Shown: positions 1-11,973 of the stretch, piece by piece | Numbering within the stretch: position 1 is the first letter of the stretch | Layout: each line of letters starts with the position of its first letter | Source: Azolla caroliniana | Lineage: Eukaryota; Plantae; Polypodiophyta | Reading direction: 5' to 3' | Assembly: GCA_043228905.1 (NCBI GenBank) | Contig: JBHGNT010000011.1 | Location: 8,990,001 to 9,054,000 of the forward strand | Length of the DNA: 64,000 nucleotides | Notes under the pieces: model-generated | Seen by the model: only the letters and a program-made list of their open reading frames with translations | The model's database searches: none | What the model was told of the DNA's origin: nothing | Translations under genes and position numbers: made by a program

Positions 1-323
1 TGTTGCATTTCTTCCTTTTGTCAGTTGTAATACGGTTACTTCTGATGATTATCAGAAATAGCCGTAGTTGTGAGGATCCCATAGTGTTTGATGTTGCATT
101 TTGAATCAAAGAGGTTCTCACAATGTCATACATAAACAAATAGAAGCAAATTCTCTCTTGTGGAAAGCCAAACAAAGATTTATAACTCACATGTACAACA
201 GTGAATAGAATTGGATCAACAGAAACAATGCCCTCACTCTATGCCTTCTTTGAATTCTCAGTGCACATGTATCACTTGTATTCTTTTCCCTTTATCGGGT
301 GTAATTCAGCTTCTTTTTTCTAG

Positions 324-2130
324 GTTACTGAAATTGGAAGACAAGTTAATAACTTGCGCAAACATTCGTCAAAGCAAGTTCGAGTTATTGTCAAGAGGCT
401 AGTAAAGTAAGTGCCAAACTTTGCTGCCGATCATGTGACATTATATGTAGCTCTGGCACATACATTTGGCATGTGCACATTTATGTATCTCTTTTGATGC
501 AGCATCATATATCTGTACTGTGCATGCATTCATCTACCCTCTCTCTATATGCGTGTGCCCATATGTATTTCTGGTATCTTTCTCTGTATATTGTTCTGCA
601 AATGCGTGAACGAGATTTACTTGTGTGTATATATGCATGCATGTATAAAAGTATAAATTATAACTCATTCCGTGCAGTTCAATTCCAATGTGGTATCATT
701 TTGTAGATATAACCATATTCTGATTGAAAGTCTAAGCATGTAGTTTGTTATCTGCAGATATTGGAAGTTACTAGTAGATCAGTGGGTAACCGTTGGAGAA
801 GATCAACATGCGGTAGCTAGTGCAATTACATTGTCGGGTATCTATCTGCGCTTAAATCTATGTGTGCATTTTTCTCTGGAAAGATAGATAGATTACCTTC
901 TTGCATGGAGAAATAAGACAAATGCTTTTCAGAGTGTAGAGATGTGCAGAAAGCCACAAATCCAGTGAAGGCATCGTCACATTTCTCATCTCCATCTACT
1001 GGTGGAGCTATAACCTCCTCAAGTGAGGTGTCACAGGTAAAATTTTAAAGCTTCTGTTACCCAAGCTGATCATTTTAGTGTTGTTTTGTTGCTATCAAAA
1101 TGAACTTTGGATTGGAAAACATGAAGCACTCATTAGTCTTTTTCTATGGGATTATTCTTGTAGCAGCTTCTCAGCTCTTTTGATGGAGGATTGCGTAAGT
1201 GTAAAAGACACCCATTACGATCTACAGAACATTTTGATTATTCACCAGGCATTGTTCTCATTCTGTCTATTAATGACAGAAGAACGAACCAAAAGCTGTG
1301 AGGTGGAAGCTCCCATCAATGGCAGTTTCTATGGCTCATCCAGCTCACAATCAGCGGTCATGCGAACTGACTCTAGCGATTGTGATGCTAAACTTAATAA
1401 TGGTTTAGGGACCCCCGGAGAAATGGGCAGTGCAACTAGAGATAACTACTCTTCAGGTAGTACTGAGAAAGTATGCAAATCATTTGCACGAGAGTCAATT
1501 AACTGGCATGATACTGGGTTGAGACATATTAGTGGGCTTCCCCTTGTGAAGCCTTCCACCTCAGCAAGGCCTTTGGGTGAATCAAAGGTAGTGTTAATGT
1601 ATAGATCGGTGGTAAAAGATAGACCTATTCGAGGCTTACCAAACATAAATCGGAGGCACACCTCAGATAAAGATGGTAGTGGGGACCATGTTAATTCAAG
1701 GTCATCGATTGATAAGGTAAGCTCCGGAATAACAAAAATTTCTTGAATGAACTTCTTGTTATGATGCTTATCTAGATCTCTATAAATGTCAATGTGAAAA
1801 ATCAGAATGATTTTCAGAAAGTCGAGAAGAGTCAAGTTGATCAAAAACTAGAGGTTGCCAAAAGGAAGCTGCATGAAGGGTATCAACAAGCGGAAAGTGG
1901 TGAGTAATAATTACCTTAATAAGTGGAGCACTCCCGGTTATTGGTAGGGAACTGCTAATAACAAGGTCCCCTCTTTTTTTGTTGTCTCAGCAAAGAAGCA
2001 ACGGACTGTACAAGTTCTTGACTTTCCAGACCTTCCCAAGACTGAAGCACGTGGAAAGGCAAACCCATTCGTGCATGATAGGGGTGGTGTATATGGTAGC
2101 TCTGGTGGTCAAAATAGGAGGTGTGGGTGA
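324..2130 (+). CDS. TFIIS N-terminal domain protein, probable Mediator subunit 26 (MED26-like); 3' portion, spliced. Exons 324-406, 758-837, 933-1036, 1164-1194, 1280-1716, 1818-1899, 1991-2130 (TGA 2128-2130)
   Basis: Every intron is GT..AG and the phases join into one open frame. Peptides VTEIGRQVNNLRKHSSKQVRVIVKRLVK-YWKLLVDQWV (TFIIS-N/Med26 domain end) and KLEVAKRKLHEGYQQAES-AKKQRTVQVLDFPDLPK match the plant MED26 C-terminal motif as recalled. The 5' exons are not identified in the window. Confidence 0.85.
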
Positions 2131-3199
2131 ACTGGAAACTGAAATTTCTTGCAAGTATCTTATCTTTCAATCCTCAAGCCAAGTCTGTTGTGCTTTTTAG
2201 TGGTATATGGTGAAGGAAAAAACAAATGTATAGTGGAACCACCTATCCTCATCATATATATCTGGTTTTTGACCTGGGGTAATAAATGGCATATTGGGTG
2301 AATTTGTAATTTTGGGTTCAAATCAACTGGAGAACCAATGGCTAAAAAAAGGAGAGCTCTCTACATAAGTCCCATCCCCTTCAAATGGTCCTTTGTGCTT
2401 AGTATGGACACCCATCCTGCTGCTACATTGCCAATGATGCCATTGACATTAAAATGCATGTTCTCAAGCCTACTAATATGTATTTTTGTAATTGAATAGA
2501 GATTTCCTTTCCAATTTGAGACACCTTTTTAGAGAATGTGTATGTGTGATCTTCACACATCATGAGCACTAAACATTCAATCATTAGCTTGTTTTTGGTT
2601 GTTCAATGACGGAGCATGTTGTAAATAAAAGTTAAATCCAAAGAAAGCAACACAGATTGCTTTCTTGAAAATTGACTAGCCATTTGCAAACCAAATAAGG
2701 GAATTAGTGATCATGGGAACCTTGGTTGTTTAGTAATCATTTAATCTTTCACTTTTTTGACATTTGTTTGACATGGAATGTAGAGGTATTATTTATTTTT
2801 GATTGGTTGGAGAGAGAGGGACAGAGATAGATTTTCTTATCATCATTGGAGGTCAAATGACCTATGAAACATTTTTGAGTAGTATGTTTGAAAGGGAGTA
2901 GCGATTTTTGATGTTCAAGAGCTTTTCCAATGAATATTGCTATTGAGACTGCACATTATATGACTTCAAGAGAAATTCTTGTAAGGATTGGGTTTGGTGA
3001 AGATTTGTGGAAAGCATTATTCGAATGAGATCAAAAGCAAAGCACTGTATCAAAGCGTGATACTTAGACTCTCAAACTTGTTTAGTGTAACTCGTGCATA
3101 ATTGACTACACTCATCACTTGTGCCCCAATGCCCCCATCTCATATTGTATTGGGTGTGAGCCAAGTCACATGGAAACAATGGGTTACATGCCAGAAAAT

Positions 3200-4700
3200 A
3201 GGATGGGCTCTAGCATGTATTGATGTGCATGGTTTTTCCCATTTGGTAAAAAACATGGTTTTGTAGTTAGGTATAACAATGTAATATAAAGTGTGAAGCG
3301 TGAGCCTTTGTATTTTTCCCATGTCATGATACATTGATGTTGCAAAAAGGCTTCATCATAGAGGAATCTATTAATGCATCATGAAGCAAGTGTTGCATTC
3401 CTTCTTCCAAGCCATTTCCCCATATCTTGCATCCACCTAGAACTAAAAATTTGCTTATTTGCTTCCCGTTTGGATATTTTTGCTTGCTTCTCGTTTGAGT
3501 TCTGGAAGTTGATCTAGTATTCGACAACCCTTTCCATGGCCATGACCTCAATGGGAAGTGATCCCATCTCAAGAAGTAGGAGGGTGTAGGGTGTTGTGTT
3601 TTTACTTAGAAACTTTTGAAAAAAATGCTTTTGGACATTTTCAAACTCTTTTGAAGTGGACTTAGGGATGCTATTGCTCCATACTTCCACCATATAGGGA
3701 AGAATTCATGTCATCGAAAATGTATTTCTTGAGGACTCAACACCTGAAATTTCCATGATTTCTAGTGTTGTCAAATGCATAATATACTCCCTTTCTTACT
3801 TGCACATTCATTCAATCTATGATTTGGAGGAACTTCAAGCTTTACGTGTTTATAACTTTGCAGAGCTTCATGTGGTTGGTTCATTATTGTTTATAATGCA
3901 TGCCTTATTCTTATTTTGGCTTTTCACAAGCATAATCTTTGTTTTAAAATTATTGACACTCAAATTTGTATGAATGCAAAACTCTTCAAACGCTCTCATA
4001 AAATTTTGTGCATCTCCAAAAGTATTTGCAAAAAGTACCCATTATCTACATACAACAAAGCATGATAACTACATTCCCAATGGCTACTTCTTTGATGCCT
4101 TCTTCCTTTACAAACTTGACAATCTTTTGCTCTAATTCATCAATGCAAAAACCAAATACAATTTGTGAGACTGTGGATCCTTGCTTAACACCAATAGTGT
4201 TATTAAAAAAATATAAAGTTTCCTCACCCATATACGCATAACATGTAACCTTCTCATAGATTCCGACAATTGCAAGCATTTATTCACTTGGAATTTGAAT
4301 TCTTCCATGCGCATCCAAAGATCCGAGGTTTCGTTTCAACTTACACTTGTTTCATGTTGGGATGGGTAGACCAACTGCCTGCCCGCAAAGGACAAACTAA
4401 ATCCTCAGGGCGGGTGGGATGGCACTACTGGCAAATACTGTCTGGCAAAGACGCAGGCGCGAAGCGTGGTAGGCCCGCTAGCGTTTTTTTTGCTGATCCA
4501 TGATGTTATAGTGTTTTCAAAAGACATTTCGTAAACATTTATTCACTTGGCACTTTGAAGCACCATATTATAAGCTTTCTTGAAGTCTACGACGCAACAA
4601 TATAAACCCTTACCTCTTAAGTAACTTTCTTCCATTAATATTGGAAGGGTGACAAGGTGATCACTGGTGCTATAATGTTTTCGAAAGACATTTTATCAAT
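3200..4700 (-). mobile_element. Degenerate non-LTR retrotransposon (LINE) reverse transcriptase relic
   Basis: Minus-strand GVKQGSTVSQIVFGFCIDELEQ (degenerate GVxQGxPLSPxLF motif) in ORF 4046..4279, and GKGLYCCVVDFKKAY near 4570-4615 (DFxKAF motif). Many frameshifts; boundaries approximate. Confidence 0.7.
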
Positions 4701-4717
4701 AAGTTGTTTTACTATTT

Positions 4718-5150
4718 TGTTCGGCCCAGACACTTACCTATCAATAACACGGGTCGGATATCCTATCACAGAATACCCTTCACTAAAGATCGTGGTTGGA
4801 GAATTGGTAATGAACCGAACTGTAACTATTTGATGATTGAATTGACTACAACTGAATTGGCTATGAGCAACACGACACTTAATTTATGGAAATAGAACAT
4901 AACACATCAAAACATAGAAATTAACAATGTATCACCAAAAGATGTCTTTCTATTAAGCATTTCGTATACAATACACTTGCCTCCTTTATATAAGACAAGC
5001 ATGAAGAAGTTACAATGCCATTTGGCACCATTTCTAATATGAAAGTTACAATATCATACGACTGTACATAATACAACTTTAAGCAATAACTATTTTTGTC
5101 ACATACATGACAACGGTCATGTCCAGATCCGAACTCATGAATCTCTCTTG
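4718..5150 (-). mobile_element. Possible LTR fragment, interrupted or truncated by the Gypsy element starting at 5151
   Basis: Begins TGTT and has a minus-strand TATATAAAGGAGG near 4979-4991, like the TATA contexts of other LTRs here. No second end or TSD found. Confidence 0.3.
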
Positions 5151-5461
5151 TGTTATAATAAAGTGTTATGTGTTAACTAAAATGTCCAATATACAGTCCT
5201 ATGCACAATTGTTCCTTGTAGCTTACATCATGAGCATAATTGCTCCATTGTATTATTCACTCTTGGCACATGCATGCGTACATACATGCTCTAGTGTATC
5301 ACATGCACACAACAGGCATGCATCCCTCTTAGTATAAATATTTGAGTTCACCTTGAATGAATTCAAGGTGAACAACACTAGTTAATGATACTTGCTCCTT
5401 AGCTTGTCAATCTGTATTTGTAGCACTTTTAGGGTTGTCCAATCCTTTTGTCCTTAACAGT

Positions 5462-5471
5462 TTGTTCACCT
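5462..5471 (+). promoter_or_regulatory. Non-tRNA primer-binding site of element A (TTGTTCACCT), complementary to LTR 5366-5375
   Basis: Lies 2 nt after the LTR CA end and lacks the TGG of a tRNA PBS. Exact 10-nt complement of AGGTGAACAA, which starts 33 nt after the first T of the TATA box. Confidence 0.7.
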
Positions 5472-6410
5472 CCCTTCTTTGTTGTCTCTCCCTCTTCGCT
5501 AACCACACCTCGAAAGCCATGTCTGATCCAGCCAATAGCCTATCCCAAATACTTGCAGCTTTGGAACAACTCCAAGCCGAGAACGCTACCCTTCGCTAAT
5601 CTTTACTTGAGCTTCAATTTGCCAAATCCTCGAGTACCCCAACCACCACATTCAACCCACCGCCACCATCCCAAGAACCCTACTATGAACCCAAGGTTAG
5701 CCTTCCCGATAAGTTCGATGGAATGTGTGCACGACTACGCGACTTCCTTAATAAGCTCCGCCTCTTCATCCACCTATAGCCCGATCGTTATGCCACATGG
5801 TTCGACAGGGTCGGTCTCTTGGGTTCGCTGCTGATGGGACCACCGGAGGCGTGGTTTGCTCCCTTAGCACAACTTTTGGAAAATTTCCGAACCTTTCTCA
5901 TGGACTTTGAAGCTACTTTCAGGGAGATAGACCGACGGCGAGTTGCACTGACTAATATCTATTCCCTACAACAAACTAATCGCGCAACCTCCACCTACGC
6001 CTCCAGATTCTACCAACTTGCCTGCGATGTGGGGTGGGGCGATCAAACCCTACATGATCAATTCCATCGGGGATTGAGAGGTGATGTAAAAAATTTATTA
6101 CTAAATTTTCCAAAGCCAACCTCACTGAACGAAGCAATCTTCAAGCTCTGTCAAGAGGAGCGAACGACCCAAAAAATAAGGCCTAGGCCGTCTTCTTTTT
6201 TGCCTTCTTCCTCTCAATCTCCAACCCTGCCATATCTCCCTAACAAAGTCCCAAACACTGATTCACCTACGCCGATGGAGGTGGATAAAGTGGAGCCTGA
6301 TCATTATCCAGTGCACAACGACAACATCGACGAGACAACAACTTGTGTTTCTATTGTGGCATGTCCGGACATCTTGCGGCCTCTTGCCCGATGAAAGGTA
6401 GTCGCATACC

Positions 6411-6458
6411 GGGAAACGGGAGGGCCGAGGTGCAGTAAGAGCTATGCAACTGGGCTCT
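6411..6458 (+). promoter_or_regulatory. Putative -1 ribosomal frameshift signal G GGA AAC plus stem-loop (gag to protease) in element A
   Basis: Heptamer is in X XXY YYZ phase with the gag knuckle frame. The -1 frame is open into protease ORF 6444..6629. Stem 6421-6458 pairs 12 of 14 positions by eye. Confidence 0.75.
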
Positions 6459-9400
6459 ATCAGTCAGATGATCAACTCTACTCATGAGGCGCCATCTCGA
6501 AATGGTTTTACGGTACCGGTGAGCTTGCAGATAGGGACTCGGGTGATATGCACCACTGCCCTACTTGATTATGGAGCCACATCATGTTTTATGGACGTGC
6601 TCTTTGGCCCCTTCCACATCTCGGCCTGAAGTGCTTTGACCGCTGAAGTGTTTGTTTCGGAGTGAAATCCGGGGGGCTGTACTATTTACACATGTTCCTC
6701 AAGCTCACCTTGTAGGAACGCATTCTTTACATCCATCTGATGTAAGTGCCACCCCTTTGTCGTATCTACCGAGAGCAAAACACGAACGATCGTCATCTTC
6801 GCGACTGATGCAAATGTCTCATCGTAGTCGATGCTGTGTTGATGCGCGTAACCTTTTGCTACTAACCAGGCCTTGTATCGGTTGATCGAGCCGTCAATGT
6901 TGTACTTGACCTTGTACACCCACCTACATCAGATCGGCTTCACACCTTTCGGTGCGTCAACTAGGTCCCAAGTTTCATTTTCAGCTAATGCGCGCATCTC
7001 TTCCTCCATTGCGGTTGCCAATTCGCGTCTTTCGCCGCTTCTGCGTAGCTCTCTGGCTCACGCACTTCCGCTACACGCGTCATGTACGCATAGTGATGCA
7101 TCATGTACTCGTTGTAATCGAACCGCACAAGAGGATCCTTCTGGCGGGTAGATCAGCGTAATTGCTCATTAGCTGATGTTGAGGCTTTCTTGGCCGACAC
7201 GGTCATCACTTCTTTTTCTCGGAGTCGGACTCGCGTCGATCCAACTCGTTCCTATTCGTGCCGTAATCCAACACATTCTTCTTCCCTTTTTCCTTACGCA
7301 TAAGTCGTCTGTAAAAGATTATGTGCGGAAGCAAGTAGAAAACCGAACACAGAAACACAGGTTTAATGGAAAGCTTTACAGTACGCGGGAGAGATAGAGA
7401 AAGAGCAGAACAACTTAAATCTATTACAAAACAAAAATAATTCTTTGTACATGAAACGTGCTCAACAACACTATTTATACAAGTCCTAAGAGGATTGATA
7501 GAAGTACCGCGTACTTCAATGCTCACTCGAGCGTTTGACATTAACTATGAGACTATTAACTACCTAGTAGTCTAGGCTACTACTAGTCTTCCGGTTACTA
7601 TTTAGTCTAGCTAACCGGCTCCCCAGCTCACCGGATCAATTGCTCGTCGGCTCGTTGATCCGTCTCACCAATTCGGCTCAGGCTTATTCAGCTGATCCGG
7701 ATCCGGTTGAGCTTGCCGCTCAACACTGCCCCTCAAGCTCAACTTGAGGTCGGATCGTGGTGTTAGTCTCTATGGCCGCCGGTCCTTCCACCCGGCTGCT
7801 TCTGGCGTCACTCCACCTCACTCGCGCTCCTCGTCCGGTCCGGTCCCGTTTTCCGCGACCCCTCTGGTTCTACGTGTCTCGACCTCCTCGGTCGACTTGT
7901 CTGCTCAACAAGCCCAATTCAGCTCCCTCGCTGTTGTGACTTCGGCGCGTGCCAGTTCGCCAATTCCTTCGTGTTGGCGTCAACTTTCGCTGCCTTCTCT
8001 TCCTCTTGGCCTTGAATTGACCGAGTTCTTCCAAGTCCATCTGTTGAACCGAATCGACTGTCTTTGATTCGTTCTAGCTCTTGTTTGAATCGGTCTCTCC
8101 CGATTCATCTTCTGGTTCCAGGCCTTTCACCACATCGAACCATGTCCGGGTCTTGGCCTTCTTCTTCCGGTCAGCTCTGTCCTTATTGACTCTGCCGCCA
8201 TAGCCGCTTGTTCCGACTTGTTCGGATGTGTCAACTTCCTTTGTCGACTCGGTTCCTTTCTTCTTCTTGTTTCTCCCTCTGTCCGTTCTACCCTCACCGG
8301 CACAATCAACAGTCTCTTTGCCTTTGCCCGTTCCGGTGTCTTTGCCTGTTCCCCCCTCAAGTGTGGCACGTCGAGATGCTGAACACCAAGCATTTCAGTG
8401 AAGTGCTGCAACTTGTCTGATCCGAGCGGTTTGGTGAAGATGTCGGCAACTTGTTGATCCGTATGAACATACCGAAGTTTGACTTCACCGCTTAGGACAC
8501 GCTCAGGCACGAAGTGGTAGTGCACTTCTATGTGCTTTGTGCAAGCATGGAATATGGGGTTCTTGGCGAGCTGCATGTTGCTTATGTTGTCACAGTAGAT
8601 CAAGATTGGGGTCGGCACCTCGATCCGCAGGTCTTGCAGCAGTCGCCGAAGCCAAATGGCTTCACAGGTGGCAATGGTAGCGCCCCGGTATTCAGCCTCA
8701 GCGCTCGAAAGGGCCACTGTTGGCTGCTTTTTGCTACTCCATGCAACAACCGCTCTACAAGGGAAAACATATAGCCAGAGGTGGATCGGTGATCCGATGC
8801 ATCGCCGGCCCAATCGGCATCAGTGTAGCCGACTAGCTCTTCGGTTATACCATGTCGGTATAACAGTCTCCGTTCCTTCGTGCCGCTCACATATCGCAAA
8901 ATTCGATGCGCACACAGAAGGTGCTCCATGGTCGGCTTCGGCATATATTGGCTGATCACGCCGACCGGATAATTGATGTCGGGTCGGGTGATTGTCAAAT
9001 ATATAAGGCTTCTGATGATTTGTCAGAACCGCTTCTCATTGCAGGCCGGTATGGAGTCAGGATGGAGCTTCTGGTTCAGGTCTAGGGGTGTGGATATCAG
9101 TCGGCATTCCGTCATGCCGAACTTGTACAACATATTCAACACATAGTGTCTTTGTGCGAGCAATATGCCGCCGGGGGTTCGGATCACCTCAATCCAAAGG
9201 AAATAGTGAAGGTCCCCCAGGTCCTTCATCTCAAATGCGTTCGACAGCTGGGACTTGACTCAGCGGATTTCATCGAGTCCAGGTTCGGTGATGACTAGAT
9301 CATCAACATACAACCAGTTGCAAACCGGACCGTCCTGACCTTGCCGGATGAACAACGAAGAGTCAGACTTGGAGGCCACAAACCCCATCTTACGCAACCG

Positions 9401-11973
9401 GTGCGTAATCTTGACATTCCAAGCTCGGGGGGCTTGCTTCAGGCCATAAAGTGACTTCTTCAACTGGTATACCACCAACTTGTTCATCTCCGACTAGAAA
9501 CTGGGGGGTTGGATCATAAAGATCTCTTCTTCAAGATCGCCTTGAAGAAATGTATTCTTCACATCCATCTGGTGAAGATGCCACCCCCTTGCCGCAGCAA
9601 CAACCAGCACCACACGAACCATTTTCATCTTTGCTACCAGAGCGAAGGTCTCGTCGTAGTCGATTCCATGGGTCTGTGCGTATCCCTTCGCCACTAACCG
9701 GGCCTTGTACCGGTTAACCGAACCGTCGGCATTGTACTTTACCGAAATGAGATTGGACTCTCTTCTAGAGTGGTGAGGTCTTCATCTTCTATCTGGGCCG
9801 GTTCAGGTTCACTAGCCTCATCCTCCGGTATCGGGTCGGGGTTGGAGGTCGGAGCCGGTAAGGCATACCATGATGTTGTCTCATCAAACTCAACATCCCG
9901 GCTAACTCGGACCTACTTCGTCCGGGGGTTATAACACTTATACCCCTTTTGTTCATACGAGTAACCGACCAGGATGCATTTCTCTGACTTTGCATCCAAC
10001 TTCCTCCGCTTCTCATCCGGCACATGCACATATGCAATGCTACCGAATATCCGAAGGTGTCTCAAATTCGGTTTGCGTCCGAAATACAGCTCATGCGCTG
10101 ACACCTTGTCGCCGATCCAGTTTTGGATATAGACAGCTATCCGGACCGCCTCCACCCAGTAGAAATGGGGCAAGCTCTTCTCCTCCAGCATTGCCCTTGC
10201 CGCGTCGACAATTGACCGGTTTTTCCTTTCGGCCACACTGTTTTGCTTCGGTGTGTATCTGCGGCTGAACTCTCTCTGAATTCCTTTTTGCTGCAGATAA
10301 CTGTTGAATTGGCCGGAAAAATATTCTTTTCCACCATCCGACCGCAGGCACTTGATCTTTCTCTCCGTTTCCCGTTCAACCAGGCTTTGCAGGTTCCGGA
10401 AACACTCGAAGACTTCGCTCTTCCGCTCAATGAGGTAGATCCATGTGTGCCGGCTGTAGTCGTCAATGAAGGAGACAAAATACTGACTCCCGCCAAGACT
10501 AATGTTCTGCGCTAGTCCCCATATCCGAATGAATAAGGTCGAGCTTGTTACGACTACGGTTTCGTTCGGTGGGGAATGGAAGCCGATGTTGTTCCCAAGT
10601 TGGCAGGCTTCACATATTTGGGCCTTCCGGCCACTGAACTTCGGCAAACCGAAAACAACTTGTTTCGTTTGCAGGTCTTGAAGCCTCTGGTAATTGACGT
10701 GGTTGATCCGCTTGTGCCAGAGATCAATATCCGATTCAATCTTCTATCCTTTGGCGAACAAAGCGGTGCCAACGTCATTGGTGTCGAGGATGAACATCCT
10801 CCCTTCTCTGCGCCCTTGCGCAATAATTTGGCCCTCTTCCTCGATGAAGCACCCAAGGTGCATAAACCGCACCTGCATCCCCTAGTCAACGATTTGACCG
10901 ACTGGCACCAAGTTCTTTGTGATAGTCGGAATGTGTAATACGTTCATTAGCTTCCCCCTCTGTCCGACGTGGCCCAAAGAGACTTCTCTGACATGCACAA
11001 TTGGGTGAGGAGTGTCGTCTCCGGTTTCGACGACTCCCTGTTGTTCCGGTTTCTCCAAGAGGGAGAACGACTCTTTGTGGCTCGTCATGTGATTCGACGC
11101 ACCGGAATCAACGTACCACAGTTCCTCCAATTTGGAAGTGGTCTTCTTCATCGAGTTAGCCTCGTGTTTCATCACCAAGGCTGGCCCTTTACCGGCTTTT
11201 CCGGTTTTGGATCCTCTCGATCCTTCTGCGTAGTGCGAGTATTGTTGGTTCTCTCTGCCGGCCTTGTCGGATCCAGATCTGTCCGAATCGGCATGATTCT
11301 TCCAACACTCGCTTTCTCTGTGGCCCTTTTTACCACAATACCAACATTCCGTGTCGGCCTTTGCATGCCGGCCTGCGGCGCCACCTTGACTCCCCCGGTG
11401 AGAACCGGATGGTGCAAACCCGGTGAGAACCGGATGAGGAGTACCCAGCTACGGAGAGCCGGATGGTGCAGACCCGGTGAGGAATGCTCACCGGATGAAG
11501 AGACATATTCGTAAATATGTTTCTGAGAGTCCATCGAGGCTATATCTGTAAATAGCCGAAAAGTCATATTAGTATAAATATGACTTAGGGCAAACTTTTA
11601 GTAGTGGTTGTTGTCATTCTTGTTGGTGCAAGAAAAGTGAGAGCGTGTAACTGTGTACAGAGAGAGAGAGAAAGAGGTCGATGCCTCTGTTGTAACCGCC
11701 GCCTGTGGCGAGGATCGTGAGCACGAGGTCGTTGCCTCCGTGAACTCACTGTTGTACATTCTAACATAGTGATAGTTTGCAGCCTATGGGCTGCCATGGT
11801 TTTTCCCTTAGCTTGGGTTTTCCATGTAAACATCCTGTGTACACCTCTCTTCTTCGTGTCGTGCTTTATTTCCCGTTTTCTGTGTATGTTTCTAAGCTCG
11901 GTTGTGGCCGAGCATTGCGTAGAAGGAGCGTACAATTCCCGTCAAGTGGTATCAGAGCGAAACGACACAAAAA

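Larger units (their letters stand above)
5151..6600 (+). mobile_element. Gypsy element A (chromovirus/Tcn1-sushi-like), 5' part only: LTR 5151-5459, gag ~5519-6440, protease start; 3' truncated
   Basis: TGTTA...TAACA LTR with TATAAATA at 5333. Gag motifs (PDKFDG, WGDQTL..QF.RGL..DVK, PMEVD, CFYCGMSGHLAASC knuckle) and protease ALLDYGATSCF. Sequence switches abruptly to Copia sequence at ~6600. Confidence 0.85.

Noticed and set aside
1078-1746. 222-aa ORF as a stand-alone gene
   Set aside because: It is one exon of the MED26-like gene (1280-1716) extended by intron sequence.
7744-8350. Possible env-like or extra ORF between the RNase H and PPT of element C
   Set aside because: Only low-complexity charged sequence and short ORFs; no signal peptide, transmembrane pattern or recognisable domain.
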